Assembly (NCBI GenBank): GCA_965208675.1
Contig: OZ242351.1
Span: 4,064,001-4,128,000 of the forward strand
Source of the DNA: Candidatus Poribacteria bacterium
GTDB taxonomy: Bacteria; Poribacteria; WGA-4E; PCPOR2b
Reading direction: 5' to 3'
DNA length: 64,000 bases
Of the stretch, positions 40,894-51,467 are shown piece after piece; the stretch's first letter is position 1; the number at the start of each line of letters is the position of its first letter. A program made the position numbers and the translations under genes. The notes below the pieces were generated by a model that was not told the origin of the DNA, did no database searches, and was given only the letters and a program-made list of their open reading frames with translations.

Positions 40894-43173
40894 ATGAAGA
40901 ATGACAATCGGGCAAATCGGTGGGTTCTGAATGGCATGGCATCCCTTATCCTCATACTTCTGCTACTTGCGCCTTTGTAGTTGATACTGCTCGACCAGCG
41001 GATAGGCATTGGATTACTGTTCAACATCGGAAACTGGTTTGGATTGCTAGTAATAGTCGTAACGATAGTTCTCTATGTGACGAGTTTTATCTTAGTACTC
41101 TGGAAAGGCCGTTTGCTGTTAGCGAGTATAACCTTGATGCTTACTGTGATTGCCTTGGGCATCTACATCCCGATGCTCCAAAAGAGCGGTGATTCGGGAC
41201 CGCGTCAGCTTGGAATTCGACTCGAATCAGGAGTTAAGGTGTATTGCAACGATGTATATTTGGGCGAAACGCTCCTTGAGATTTCGGATACAGAGTTTCA
41301 TCGCAAAGTGAAGCCGTGGAACACGCCGCCCCGTCAGAGGATAGTTATTGGGCAGGGGTTCCTTGAAGATATCAAAAATCATGGCGACGAAATAGCGGGC
41401 TCACAACTCCGGTGGTTCTATACGCCTTACAATTATTTCGACCAACCGGGGTTCTCTAACTACGACAATGCAGTTGCATCCGGTTACTGGTGGCGTTTCG
41501 AGAGAAATGGCTGTACGGGGTTTGCGTCAATTCAGAATATGGATTCGCGTTATTTTAGCGATGAACGACCTCTTAAAATCTGGGTCCGCCCACATTTACA
41601 GTATCCGTCCATTCAACCGCATCTGAGGCATCTGCTACACGATTTGAAACACTCAAATTACCGACCGTCCGTGGAATGGAGGGCGCATGTTGGCAGTTCC
41701 TCAAGGATGCTATTCGAACATATATATGATATAGGTTGCCGGGATTCACGGGTGATGCGGGCTCTTGAGATGGCGGTCAAAACGGGGTTTGGCATCCGCG
41801 AAGGAATGCCCGCTGAGGATTGGGACATGGTTTTGGACAAGGTAATGTCGCGAGTTAGAAATGATGCCGCATTTCACACACTATCACCAGAGACTATGGT
41901 GATGGACTTTATGAGAGCGCACAACATGGAACTCATTGAAACCAGTTTCCTTGAAGGTCTCCCTAAAATAATATTTTCACAGACTCCTCTTGGTTTTGAG
42001 GACACGTGGGTTGAATCGGTGAATGGGGGCGTAACACATCGGGTACAGTTGGAATTTAGGCTCTTGGAATACGCTGTGTTGAAAAGCTCCCCACCGGCAT
42101 TGTTCAAAAGACTCGTTTACGAATCTCGACGAGGCGAGCGGTTTCTAAACATGGTCGGTAGCTATTCTCACCTGGAAGCATTGCAGCTTGTCAGACAGTA
42201 CCTCAACAGCTTCGTTCACTCCAATCCAGTTGGTAACTTCATTAGTCCTTCGATGAAGAGCGTCTCTCGGTGGGGAGCCGTGAACCTTGTGACTGAGATG
42301 CGAAATTCGCCGTTAGAGCCAGAACTGCGCCGTTTTGTGCTTGAACAGGCGCAGGACGACCCGGAGACATCAGAGCACTATTTACGCAGTTTTATCAATG
42401 CGCGATTGGAGCGTCCCCTGACGGCGGTGGAGGCTGATTCACTCGCCGAGTGGATAGCTGAAACAGTACCTCTCCCTGAATTCGACAAATTTCAATTCTT
42501 AACACGCATAAATTCAAAACGCGTGTACCGTTATGTCCGGGACATAGCCCTGCGCCATCCGTCCTATCTACGTGATCTGGCGTATACTTTCATAACCTAC
42601 CCAAACCCCTCATTGGATCTCTTTCTCATTGAGGCATACCAAGCCGAGTCTGCGAACGTGAAATTCGGGGGATTTGCACCAATCACCACTCCCCAGAAAT
42701 ACCTCGGTAAACCACGCAACCTGAACAAGCTGATTCGAGGGATGCTGCTCATTGATACATCACGTATGCACGCCTTTTTGGAAGGAATGTGGAATTCCAA
42801 CGACGGCAACAAAATCTTGCTGCTTGAGGCGATAAAACAGGAGGCACCAAACCACTATCCTCATTTGTATCGATGGATAACGCCTATCTCGCAAATCGAG
42901 GATGCGGACACGCGCCTCGCTGCGATTTCGGTACTTGACCAAATCGACACGCCGGAATCGTCCGAAATTTTGAGGGATTGGGCGGTGGGTTCGGAGGAGG
43001 CGGTAAAGCGTGAGGCGGAACGGGCACTTGAAAATTACCGCGAGCGAAGCCGTCTGGCAAGGGAGCTTCTGGCGGGAAACGTCAAACCGGACGATCTGCT
43101 CACCGGTCAAACAGCGTATGTTTGGAATGGGGAGAAATATGTGCCGGAGGCGGCAACTTCGGGGAGTAGATGA
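40894..43173 (+). CDS. Large membrane-anchored protein, copy B, interrupted by in-frame TAG at 40978-40980
   Basis: GGAGGTG SD + ATG 40894 gives MKNDNRANRWVLN (copy A: MRNDNRANRWVLN). Codon 29 is TAG, then the same frame stays open to 43173. Confidence 0.75.
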
Positions 43174-43271
43174 GCGTTGCCTGAATCAAAGATTGAGTGT
43201 ATACCGCAAAGAACGCGATTCGGATTCATCCATGACTTTCACAGGTGTCGCAATATCCCGGTACAGCATCT

Positions 43272-43304
43272 AGAAACCGAAATTTTGGCAAAAACTCGGT
43301 TTCT
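43272..43304. terminator. Long palindrome (REP-like or bidirectional terminator) between convergent genes
   Basis: AGAAACCGA-aattttggcaaaaac-TCGGTTTCT inverted repeat with further inner pairing. Confidence 0.55.
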
Positions 43305-43328
43305 TGCCGCCATGACTGATAACTGCTC

Positions 43329-44405
43329 TCAACGACATTGCGGGTTTACAACAGCGGCTTCGTCAACTGAGATGCGGCGCGAGGCAGAATTGATACGAAC
43401 CTGTAATCCGTAAGGTATAACAAACACGGGGTCGGTATGTCCAAAGTCCATATTGGTGACAATTGGCAAATCGCTTAACCCATGTTCTACTCTGACTGTA
43501 TTGCAAAGCGCGTCGTCGTAGCTTTGAAATGTCTCTGGTGGAATCTGTCCACCGGGTCTTCCGAATAAGATACCGCCGAGCCTTTCAAGAACGCCCATCG
43601 CCGCAAGAGATCGAATAAACTCAGTAATTCGTGATGGCGGCGGCGCTTCTTCGGAGGTTTCGAGGAAAAGAACTGCGCCGTTAAGCGATTCTAACGGCGG
43701 CCAATATGGCGAGCCGCGAAGCCAGTCCAAGACTTCAAGGCACCCACCAAATAACCTCCCATTGACCTCACCGTAATCTTGATGAAATACCCAACCTGTG
43801 GGTGGATTCAGTTTTCGTTTTATCGACTGATTTTCCGGGTCAGACCAGTCCAAATGCTCGACAGTCCATTCCGTCTGGTTCGGTTCGATAAGCCCAATCG
43901 GCTGAGCGGAGAATAGCGTCTTGCGGATAGAATCAATGGTATAAGGAAACATCCCCCCATTTTCGGCGAATCCAGTCATTAACGCGGGGCCGTAGAATGA
44001 AACAAGCCCCGCCTTAAAACAGGCAGCGTGCGATATGGTTGTGTCCGAAAAGCCCATAAATATCTTTGGATTATCCCGAATGATGCCCAAATCCAAGTGT
44101 GGAAGGATGCGGATAGAATCTTCTCCGCCGATAGTAGAGAAGATTCCGTCAATTGAATCATCGGCGAAGGCAGCCGTCAAATCGTCTGCGCGCGCTTTTG
44201 GATTCTTGGAAAGCCAGTCCGGGTAGCGCAACGCGTGCTCGGTTTCGATAACGGTTACGCCAAATTCTTCCTCGAATTGCCGTTTCCCCATTTCATAGCG
44301 GTATCGGAATAATCCCGGCCCGCCCCAAGACAGTGAAATTCCGGCAACGCGACTGCCATGACGCAGCATTTGGGGCTTAATCATATCCATTACTTTTTTA
44401 ACCAA
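43329..44405 (-). CDS. S66 family peptidase (LD-carboxypeptidase/MccF-like)
   Basis: STIGGEDS, GFSDTT (Ser), LFLETSE (Glu), DFGHTDP (His). Confidence 0.92.
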   Translation of the reverse strand: MVKKVMDMIKPQMLRHGSRVAGISLSWGGPGLFRYRYEMGKRQFEEEFGVTVIETEHALRYPDWLSKNPKARADDLTAAFADDSIDGIFSTIGGEDSIRILPHLDLGIIRDNPKIFMGFSDTTISHAACFKAGLVSFYGPALMTGFAENGGMFPYTIDSIRKTLFSAQPIGLIEPNQTEWTVEHLDWSDPENQSIKRKLNPPTGWVFHQDYGEVNGRLFGGCLEVLDWLRGSPYWPPLESLNGAVLFLETSEEAPPPSRITEFIRSLAAMGVLERLGGILFGRPGGQIPPETFQSYDDALCNTVRVEHGLSDLPIVTNMDFGHTDPVFVIPYGLQVRINSASRRISVDEAAVVNPQCR

Positions 44406-44460
44406 CCATTAGACGAAATTCCCCATCGAGTTCCGAAACTGGCGTGGGCATGTCTGCTTT

Positions 44461-45117
44461 TCACGATTTTTCCCCCTCTCTTTTCCACTCTATCTTACTG
44501 TTGCACTTCGGGCACTGTCCGGTTCTTGCGCGTCGACTCAAGCGCAACCGCTTCCATTTTTGACCGCACTCACACTTCCCGCGCCATCGCGGCGGAGTGT
44601 GATCGACTTGGTGGCACCGTTTGGCTGTACATCCAATCCGCCGTGCCGCTGTTTTCCATGTATCATCGTGTCCGTGATTCGGTCCAACAATGGCATGTGC
44701 GATTTCGTGTAGAATCGTATCGACAATGCCTTCCTTTGGTGCTTTCAGGCAGAACGTGACCGAGAGCGTTATCTGCTTTGTCCTGTGGCGGCATATACCG
44801 CCGCGTGCAGGCGCGAGGTCAAATGCAAACTGCCATCCCGAGTTGAGACCGCTTTTGACTTCGTGTTCGCGGATAAGGCGCACACCCAAGGTTTCAATTT
44901 CGTGTAGCGTCATTCCAGAAATTTTTGTAGGTTTTTTAACCGTTAAGGCGTTGTATGGCACGTTCCACAGCGTTCCGTGCCGCGTTGCCACCCGTGCCTG
45001 GCGGCGTAACAGTATTTGTACGGTGCCTTGCAGAGTGTGCGTCTTATTCGTAAATGACACGATTGTCCCCGGCGGAAATTTCGCTCCCGCAAAGTCAGCT
45101 GTCACTATGCTCGTCAA
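44461..45117 (-). CDS. SprT-like zinc metalloprotease
   Basis: ILHEIAHA…GHDDTW; C-terminal CEC…CPKC Zn ribbon. Confidence 0.88.
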   Translation of the reverse strand: MTSIVTADFAGAKFPPGTIVSFTNKTHTLQGTVQILLRRQARVATRHGTLWNVPYNALTVKKPTKISGMTLHEIETLGVRLIREHEVKSGLNSGWQFAFDLAPARGGICRHRTKQITLSVTFCLKAPKEGIVDTILHEIAHAIVGPNHGHDDTWKTAARRIGCTAKRCHQVDHTPPRWRGKCECGQKWKRLRLSRRARTGQCPKCNSKIEWKREGEKS

Positions 45118-45136
45118 TCCTTTGCTCCTTGTCGCG

Positions 45137-47983
45137 CTATTTCACGATAACCATTCTCCGAGGCGGCGTTGGTTCCGGGGTGATTAACCGGTAGAAATAA
45201 GTACCTGAAGCCAACCGCTCGCCAAAATCGTTGCGGCCATCCCAGTAGGCGGCACGTGACTGTCCAATGTAATATCCCGCGCTCTTAAATCCAAGGTCAA
45301 GGTGCCGAACGAGATGCCCTGTCGGGGTGTAGATATGAATTGCGGCATCAGCATCGTTCGCCAGCTGGTACGGCATCCACGTTTCCGGATTGAACGGGTT
45401 CGGGTAATTGGCGAGCAGCGCGGTATGCCTCGGCATGATATCGTCTGGTGTCAGTTGTAATTCTGCGAACGCTCGCCGTATAGCCGCGGCGTCAATTTCG
45501 TGCTGAAACGTGCGAATTAGCCCGTCATTTGCGTCAAATACTTCGACCGTCATCCTATCGCCGACGGCAGCCACAGCGCGGAGGTTCATGTCTGCCCAGA
45601 CGGCGTGTGGTTGGTTCACGTCAACCAATTGGGTGACGCCGGTGCGTCCGTTATGAACGGCGAGTGACAAAACTTCGACCCCTTCGAACCGGGCGTGAAA
45701 AACAAACGCCCACACGCCGGCAGTCTGAGCCGGCGTCGGCGCGGCTGCGGCCATTGCCTGAGAGTTTTCCCAGGCGCGGCCGGTGAAGCTAAAAATCTTC
45801 GAGTTGTTAACATTGACAATGTAACCTTTCCCACCCTCAATGGGGAAGCCGACGCCGGAGGAATTTGCGGTGAATCCGATGAACCCTCTAACAGATGGAT
45901 TGTACTCAATGACGATTGTCGCGTCGAGTTTTTCCATGAAGGAACGTGCTGTGTAAGGTTTATCGGGCATCAAGGGTAAACTAATCATGTTCAAACCCGC
46001 GCTGAGGTGTGTGTCGAATGTGGCGGCGGTTGGCGGTGTTAAAATCAGGCTGTCCGTCCGAAATGCGAGATTCTGAATGCGTTCATCACTTTCAACACCA
46101 ACATCGGTAATTGAAAACGGTGTTTCCGAGAAGTTCGCCGCAAGGTATTCTGCGAGCGCATCCTGCTCCGTACCGGGTGCGGCAAAGGACGCTTGTCCAC
46201 CTGACTGTTCTTCCGTCATCACCGCGGGAAGGTCTACACGACTCGTATTTGGAAAATTCGGAAAGGGATAGTCGTCGCCGCCACTCGCAAGGAAATTGAG
46301 TGTGACGATGCGGAAGGATTGCTCGGTATCGACGACCAACTCACCATATTGTGCAACGATGTCTGTGGGGTTCCCATTGGCATCGGTGAGCACGAGCGAC
46401 CTGACTCTTGAACCTGCTGGTTGCGATACGTCAAAACTGAAGGCGAGTCCAGCGATTTGGGCGAATTGCCCGGGCGTCGAACCCGGCTGGGACCGAGCGA
46501 CAGCGTGTTCGATAACCGTTAGCAGTTGCCCTGCCGTGAGTGTTAATAGACTCAATTCGTTGTTGAAGCGGAGTGTATTTTCGATATCAATCTGCGAAAT
46601 CTGACCGGCAGCTTTCCCGACTAACGGGTTCCCCGGCGGCGGCAGTGTAACGCCGCCTACGGCGACGCCGATAGGCGCTCGGATGCCTCCGCCGTTTTTC
46701 AGTGAGACAACCACCGTGGGGTCAACCTGCCGTGCCGCGTACAAGTTGGCGTCAGCGCTTAAGTTGCCGAGATTCGTTTCTTCAGTGCGAACAGAAGCGC
46801 GGTTCCCATTCAGATAAACGCTCGTTTGTCCAAAAATGTTGCCATCCTTTTCGACAACCACCTTTCGGATGGCTTCGATGATTTCAACGACGTGCGGGTT
46901 TGGTTCGGCGTCACCGGTATCCACGACACCACGTTCGTCCGCAGCGAAGGCGCCGCTTACCTCAACGTCAATTGTGTTTGGTAACAGTAGGCCCGCCTCG
47001 TCAAAACCGACAACTAACCGGCCGACGTACCTATAATTGCCGTCTGTGCCGACAATTGCGACCGGTTGATTTGCTGCGGAACTGGTCAGAATCGGATAGG
47101 CGCCGCCGTGGACATCGCCGTCGCGCAGCCGATCTGTATCATCTGCCAGAAGTGTGTTAGAACCGCCAGCGATGATGATGTCAACATCGCGCAGCTGGGC
47201 TGCCATCATCTCATCAAGGCGAATTTGCTGAAGATGGCTAGCGATAATGACCTTGTTTATTCCGGTTTCCGTTAACTCATCAACGGATTCTTGGACGATT
47301 GCCGCCAATGCCGCAACATTATCCGGATCTTCAGGTGAAATCCCGACGTTTCCCGGTGAAGAAATGCTGCCGATCCGTGGCGTAGTTACACCCACAACGC
47401 CAACCCTTTCGCCCGAATGCGTCGTGATAATTGCACTTTTACTGATACTGTTCGGAATAGTGTGTGCCTCCTGCCCGGCATCAACAACAAGATTGGCAAG
47501 GTTGCTATCAAGACCGAAATCCAAGTTCGCGCTCAGAATTGGGAATGCGGTGCCGACGTATCCCCTGCCATCGTTCCGAATCAATCCTGCCAGTGCGCCG
47601 GTGCCCGCATCAAATTCGTGGTTGCCGATGCCTGATGCCATAAAGCCCATGGCATTGAGAATTAAAATATCCGCGCGTCCCGATCCTTCACGTCCCAAAA
47701 CATTGCGAAGGCTTCGATCGTTGCCTGCTGCGAAAAACGGTCCGGGGATGTAGCTATCGCCCGCTCCGATAATAACAGTGTTTTCAAACTCGGCGCTGAG
47801 TGCGTTGAGCACTGATGAAAACCGAGGGGCATTGTCGAGCGCTTCAATGCCGCCTTCCATGTCTGCCGCGTGAAGTAGTTGAAGTGTGAAGTTTTGAGAG
47901 AAGGCAGGCCTGAAGATGCCTAGAATTAAAATAATAAGAACAATGAATACAGATAGTGAAAAGAGGCGTCTCTTGCTACACAT
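45137..47983 (-). CDS. Secreted 5'-nucleotidase/metallophosphatase with FlgD/secretion-tail-like C-terminal domain
   Basis: LQLLHAADMEG, GD, GNHEFD, RTEETNLGNL.ADA, NGGGIRA, FLASGGDDY; tail NYPNPFNPETW…YWDGRN…GTYFYRL. Confidence 0.9.
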   Translation of the reverse strand: MCSKRRLFSLSVFIVLIILILGIFRPAFSQNFTLQLLHAADMEGGIEALDNAPRFSSVLNALSAEFENTVIIGAGDSYIPGPFFAAGNDRSLRNVLGREGSGRADILILNAMGFMASGIGNHEFDAGTGALAGLIRNDGRGYVGTAFPILSANLDFGLDSNLANLVVDAGQEAHTIPNSISKSAIITTHSGERVGVVGVTTPRIGSISSPGNVGISPEDPDNVAALAAIVQESVDELTETGINKVIIASHLQQIRLDEMMAAQLRDVDIIIAGGSNTLLADDTDRLRDGDVHGGAYPILTSSAANQPVAIVGTDGNYRYVGRLVVGFDEAGLLLPNTIDVEVSGAFAADERGVVDTGDAEPNPHVVEIIEAIRKVVVEKDGNIFGQTSVYLNGNRASVRTEETNLGNLSADANLYAARQVDPTVVVSLKNGGGIRAPIGVAVGGVTLPPPGNPLVGKAAGQISQIDIENTLRFNNELSLLTLTAGQLLTVIEHAVARSQPGSTPGQFAQIAGLAFSFDVSQPAGSRVRSLVLTDANGNPTDIVAQYGELVVDTEQSFRIVTLNFLASGGDDYPFPNFPNTSRVDLPAVMTEEQSGGQASFAAPGTEQDALAEYLAANFSETPFSITDVGVESDERIQNLAFRTDSLILTPPTAATFDTHLSAGLNMISLPLMPDKPYTARSFMEKLDATIVIEYNPSVRGFIGFTANSSGVGFPIEGGKGYIVNVNNSKIFSFTGRAWENSQAMAAAAPTPAQTAGVWAFVFHARFEGVEVLSLAVHNGRTGVTQLVDVNQPHAVWADMNLRAVAAVGDRMTVEVFDANDGLIRTFQHEIDAAAIRRAFAELQLTPDDIMPRHTALLANYPNPFNPETWMPYQLANDADAAIHIYTPTGHLVRHLDLGFKSAGYYIGQSRAAYWDGRNDFGERLASGTYFYRLITPEPTPPRRMVIVK

Positions 47984-48471
47984 TAATGATTCTTCCTTTA
48001 GTCATGTTGAATTAATTGTAACCTAAAATTTCGCACAGATGTAGATAAAGTTAAGTTTAAACGCGGCGTTTTCGCAAATCACGTCCATATCCTCGTAACT
48101 GTGAAAGAAATCGGAATTGTAGGAGTGCCTCAACACTGAAAATTATAACCCAAGCATTTTACATGGTGTTGTCGAATTCTAGATTTTTTTACCCAAGAAG
48201 TAATAAAAAAGAACGCCGTTCCCATCAAATTGCCCATTCGACGTTAATTTACCGCCGACAGGGGCTCAAAAAAATTGACCGGAAGGCGTTCAACATTGCT
48301 TCAATTCGTCTTCTACTAAGTGAGTTTTAAAATTTCCGTAAGATGGGTAATTAAGAGAGAATCCTGCATGATGTATTGTAGATTCGCTTATTTCACTTAA
48401 TGGATATTCGCGCGAATCTGATGATTTGAAAGGAAGTGCCGTGGAAGCGTATCGGAGTCTGATTTGGTAAG

Positions 48472-51252
48472 TTAATTTCCATCAGGTTTATCCAGCGCGA
48501 TTCGATGCACACCGCCCTCGCCAATGCCGACGTATAGCGCCGAGCCTGCAACCGCCAGCGTAGTCATATACGTGCTATACGGAGGAAACGGTTTAACAAA
48601 CACCCATGAATCCTGACCGGCGTTTGGCCGAAAAATGCCTTTTGACCCTGTTGCATAGAGTGTGTTGCCAACCAAGTGGAGATCCCAAGAATATGACCCC
48701 GGCAACCCGTGGTTGAAAGATTTCCACGTCGCACCGTGGTCTGCAGACCGTAAAACTCCCGACTCAGAATCTATGATGTAAGTAGATTTTCCCAAAACGA
48801 CTATGCTTTTAATTTCACGACTGTACACATCGCCCCGTGGGAAAGCCTCGATTTTCGACCATGTCTTGCCCTTATCATCTGACCGCATGAATTTTCCCTC
48901 GTGATAAACATAGACGTTTTCTCCTGACACTGCAAATCCGCGATCGGTTAAATTAACATAATCATCGGAGACCAACCCTATATCGGGACTGATATGCGTC
49001 CAATGCTGCTCTCCTATCTGCCATCGAAAAAGGAGGTAGTTCATTCCCGCCCCCAAAAATGCGTAGAAGGTATCATCTGAAACTTCAAGCTTGGCAACAT
49101 CGTAAATACTGTAATACTTTTTGCGCTGATTGTCTTCTATGAAAGGTGCGCGTATCGCTGTTTGCACCGGAATCCATAGATCCCGGTTATCAGCCAAACG
49201 ATATAAACTTGTGTCAATAAAGTTATCTTCACAGACTGCGAGGTAAAGTTTGCCGCCAGAAACGGCGAGCGCCCCGACATGTCCCGCAGGCAATCCCCGA
49301 TGAATTGGAGTCCATCGGTTGCCGCCGTCTACGGATTTGAAAATTCCGTCGCGAATGTGGGTCGAGGCATAGAGTGCGTTCTCAAAATATACGAGACTAT
49401 CCACCGTCGTACCGATCAGCCCGTCATTGATTGGCGTCCACGATGTTCCGCTGCCCGCCCAGCGAAATACCCCAGCGATGTTGTAGATACAAACCTCGTG
49501 TTTTGACAGTGCGACGATGTTGCCAGGGGAAATGTAGTAATTGTTCAATCCGGACGTTTCGACTGTCACCCACGACCGCCCATTATCCGTAGAACGCAGT
49601 AACTTGCCGTCGTTGAGCAAAACGTAAACTGAGTCTCTGAACGCCGTGACGCCTACGATTATGGAATCTTGGTTCGCCAATTCCCGTATCATCGGGGTCC
49701 AAGTTTCGCCTTCGTCCGTGGAACGGCGCAGATCGGTATTGTTTCCGATGACCAAGGCTTTAGGTTCAGCGACGAGAAAGCGGAATTCTGGAAGATTGGC
49801 GATTTTCGTCCACGACGTTTCATCCGTTTTTAGCCGAAAGAGGTCGTCGCCCACCTTCGCGAAGAGGGTAATTCCAACTGCCATAAGTTTGTCGGGCGGT
49901 TCCACCGGTAAACCGTCTCGAATGGCCGTCCAGGATTCGCCGTAATCATCCGAGTATGCGACGCCATCTTTTTCACGACTGATGTAGATTCGCGATCCAA
50001 TGACGCTGAACGCGCCGATTGCGATGTCATTCTTGTATCTAGGATAACTGCCCCATTGCCAGGATTCCCCTTGATTGTTTGAATAACAGAATCCCATAGA
50101 CCCGCTGGCGTATAGCAAGCCGTTTGCCTCTGTAATGCTGCTCGGATTAATAGGAGTACCTACGTTAGAACGGGTATCCACCTCGTTGTAGATTCGCGCC
50201 CATGAATCGCCGTTGTTACGCGAGCGAAAGATGGACGGCCCTACGATTGTGTAGAGTGTGCCATCAAACCCTCGAAATAGAATCTTGATTCTACCTCCGT
50301 ATGGACCGTTTGTCTGCGTCCAATCGGTGTCATTGCGCCCTATACCTGCTTCGGCAATCGTCGCTGTCGAGAAGGAGGTTCCATTCGATTGATTGCCTTT
50401 CATGCCGTCTCGCGGATTCAGATTGCCCGGTCGATTGACAAGCGCAGGGTTCGTTTTCTGTAGATGGATTATCGGCGCGTCAATAAGTTCGACCATTTGT
50501 GCCGGTTCAGGTGCGTCAAAGCTGTACGGTTCCTGAAACCGCATCATTGATCGCTGCCCCAATCCAATGCATAGCGCAACGACAAGCATTGCTGTCGCAG
50601 CAATCCACGGCAGAATTGGTTTGCCTTCTGGTGACGTTGTTGGGGATTTACGGGGCATTCGATTCATCATCTGTTGCGTGAATGTAGGCGGCAACTGGAA
50701 TGCGCCCAGTGTATGCTCCATCATCGGTATCATCTCCTTCTTTAACTGTAATCGGGCGCGATAGAGCCGATCGAGCACCGCACCGCGCGACGTGCCGATG
50801 AACCGCGCAATCTCCTCGCACGTCATCCCGCCGAGATAGTGCAGCGTCAAGACCGTGCGTTGGCTCTCCGGCAGGGCTTCCAACCCGTCACGTACCGATT
50901 GTCGGGTTTGCTGGTCAGTGTGCTTCACCCACGCCAAGGCATCCATGTGACCGCTCTCAACTTTATCGAGCGGTTGCGGTACCACCCGCCGTTTTCGATG
51001 CCACATCAAGCAGAATCGGTGCGCTATTCTGTAGAGCCAGCCGGGGAAATGCCGCCAATCCTTGAGCGTGTGGAGTTTTTGGTAAGCTCGGAGGAATGTG
51101 TCCTGCGTAATGTCTTCTGCGGTGTGGAAGTTCCCGGTTTTTCGGTAGGCGAGGGCGTGGACTGCGCCTTTATATTTATCGACCAGGAACCCGAACGCAG
51201 TATCATCGCCATCCAAAGTGCGTTGGATGAGTTCGGCATCGCTGTTAGCCAT
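48472..51252 (-). CDS. ECF sigma factor fused to TM helix and BNR/Asp-box beta-propeller
   Basis: Sigma regions 2 and 4 (AEDITQDTF, GWLYRIA, EIARFIG…RLYRAR), TM LPWIAATAMLVVALCIGL, and about 8 Sx(D/N)xGxxW boxes. Start at ATG 51252 after GGAGGG. Confidence 0.88.
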   Translation of the reverse strand: MANSDAELIQRTLDGDDTAFGFLVDKYKGAVHALAYRKTGNFHTAEDITQDTFLRAYQKLHTLKDWRHFPGWLYRIAHRFCLMWHRKRRVVPQPLDKVESGHMDALAWVKHTDQQTRQSVRDGLEALPESQRTVLTLHYLGGMTCEEIARFIGTSRGAVLDRLYRARLQLKKEMIPMMEHTLGAFQLPPTFTQQMMNRMPRKSPTTSPEGKPILPWIAATAMLVVALCIGLGQRSMMRFQEPYSFDAPEPAQMVELIDAPIIHLQKTNPALVNRPGNLNPRDGMKGNQSNGTSFSTATIAEAGIGRNDTDWTQTNGPYGGRIKILFRGFDGTLYTIVGPSIFRSRNNGDSWARIYNEVDTRSNVGTPINPSSITEANGLLYASGSMGFCYSNNQGESWQWGSYPRYKNDIAIGAFSVIGSRIYISREKDGVAYSDDYGESWTAIRDGLPVEPPDKLMAVGITLFAKVGDDLFRLKTDETSWTKIANLPEFRFLVAEPKALVIGNNTDLRRSTDEGETWTPMIRELANQDSIIVGVTAFRDSVYVLLNDGKLLRSTDNGRSWVTVETSGLNNYYISPGNIVALSKHEVCIYNIAGVFRWAGSGTSWTPINDGLIGTTVDSLVYFENALYASTHIRDGIFKSVDGGNRWTPIHRGLPAGHVGALAVSGGKLYLAVCEDNFIDTSLYRLADNRDLWIPVQTAIRAPFIEDNQRKKYYSIYDVAKLEVSDDTFYAFLGAGMNYLLFRWQIGEQHWTHISPDIGLVSDDYVNLTDRGFAVSGENVYVYHEGKFMRSDDKGKTWSKIEAFPRGDVYSREIKSIVVLGKSTYIIDSESGVLRSADHGATWKSFNHGLPGSYSWDLHLVGNTLYATGSKGIFRPNAGQDSWVFVKPFPPYSTYMTTLAVAGSALYVGIGEGGVHRIALDKPDGN

Positions 51253-51467
51253 ATTCATCCCTCCCGATGTTGTGCGGCTTAATGCGGCAATGACATCAGC
51301 CTCATTGCCTTCTACTATATTATGATGCACGTTGAGGGGAAGAGATCAGATGCTGACGTAATTATTTTGGAATAAGCGGTGGGAGAAATTGTAACGCCGT
51401 CAGCTAGATTAGGGACAGTGCGCCATGCATTGATTGTCAGGATATTCGTTTCACATCAATGGAAAGT

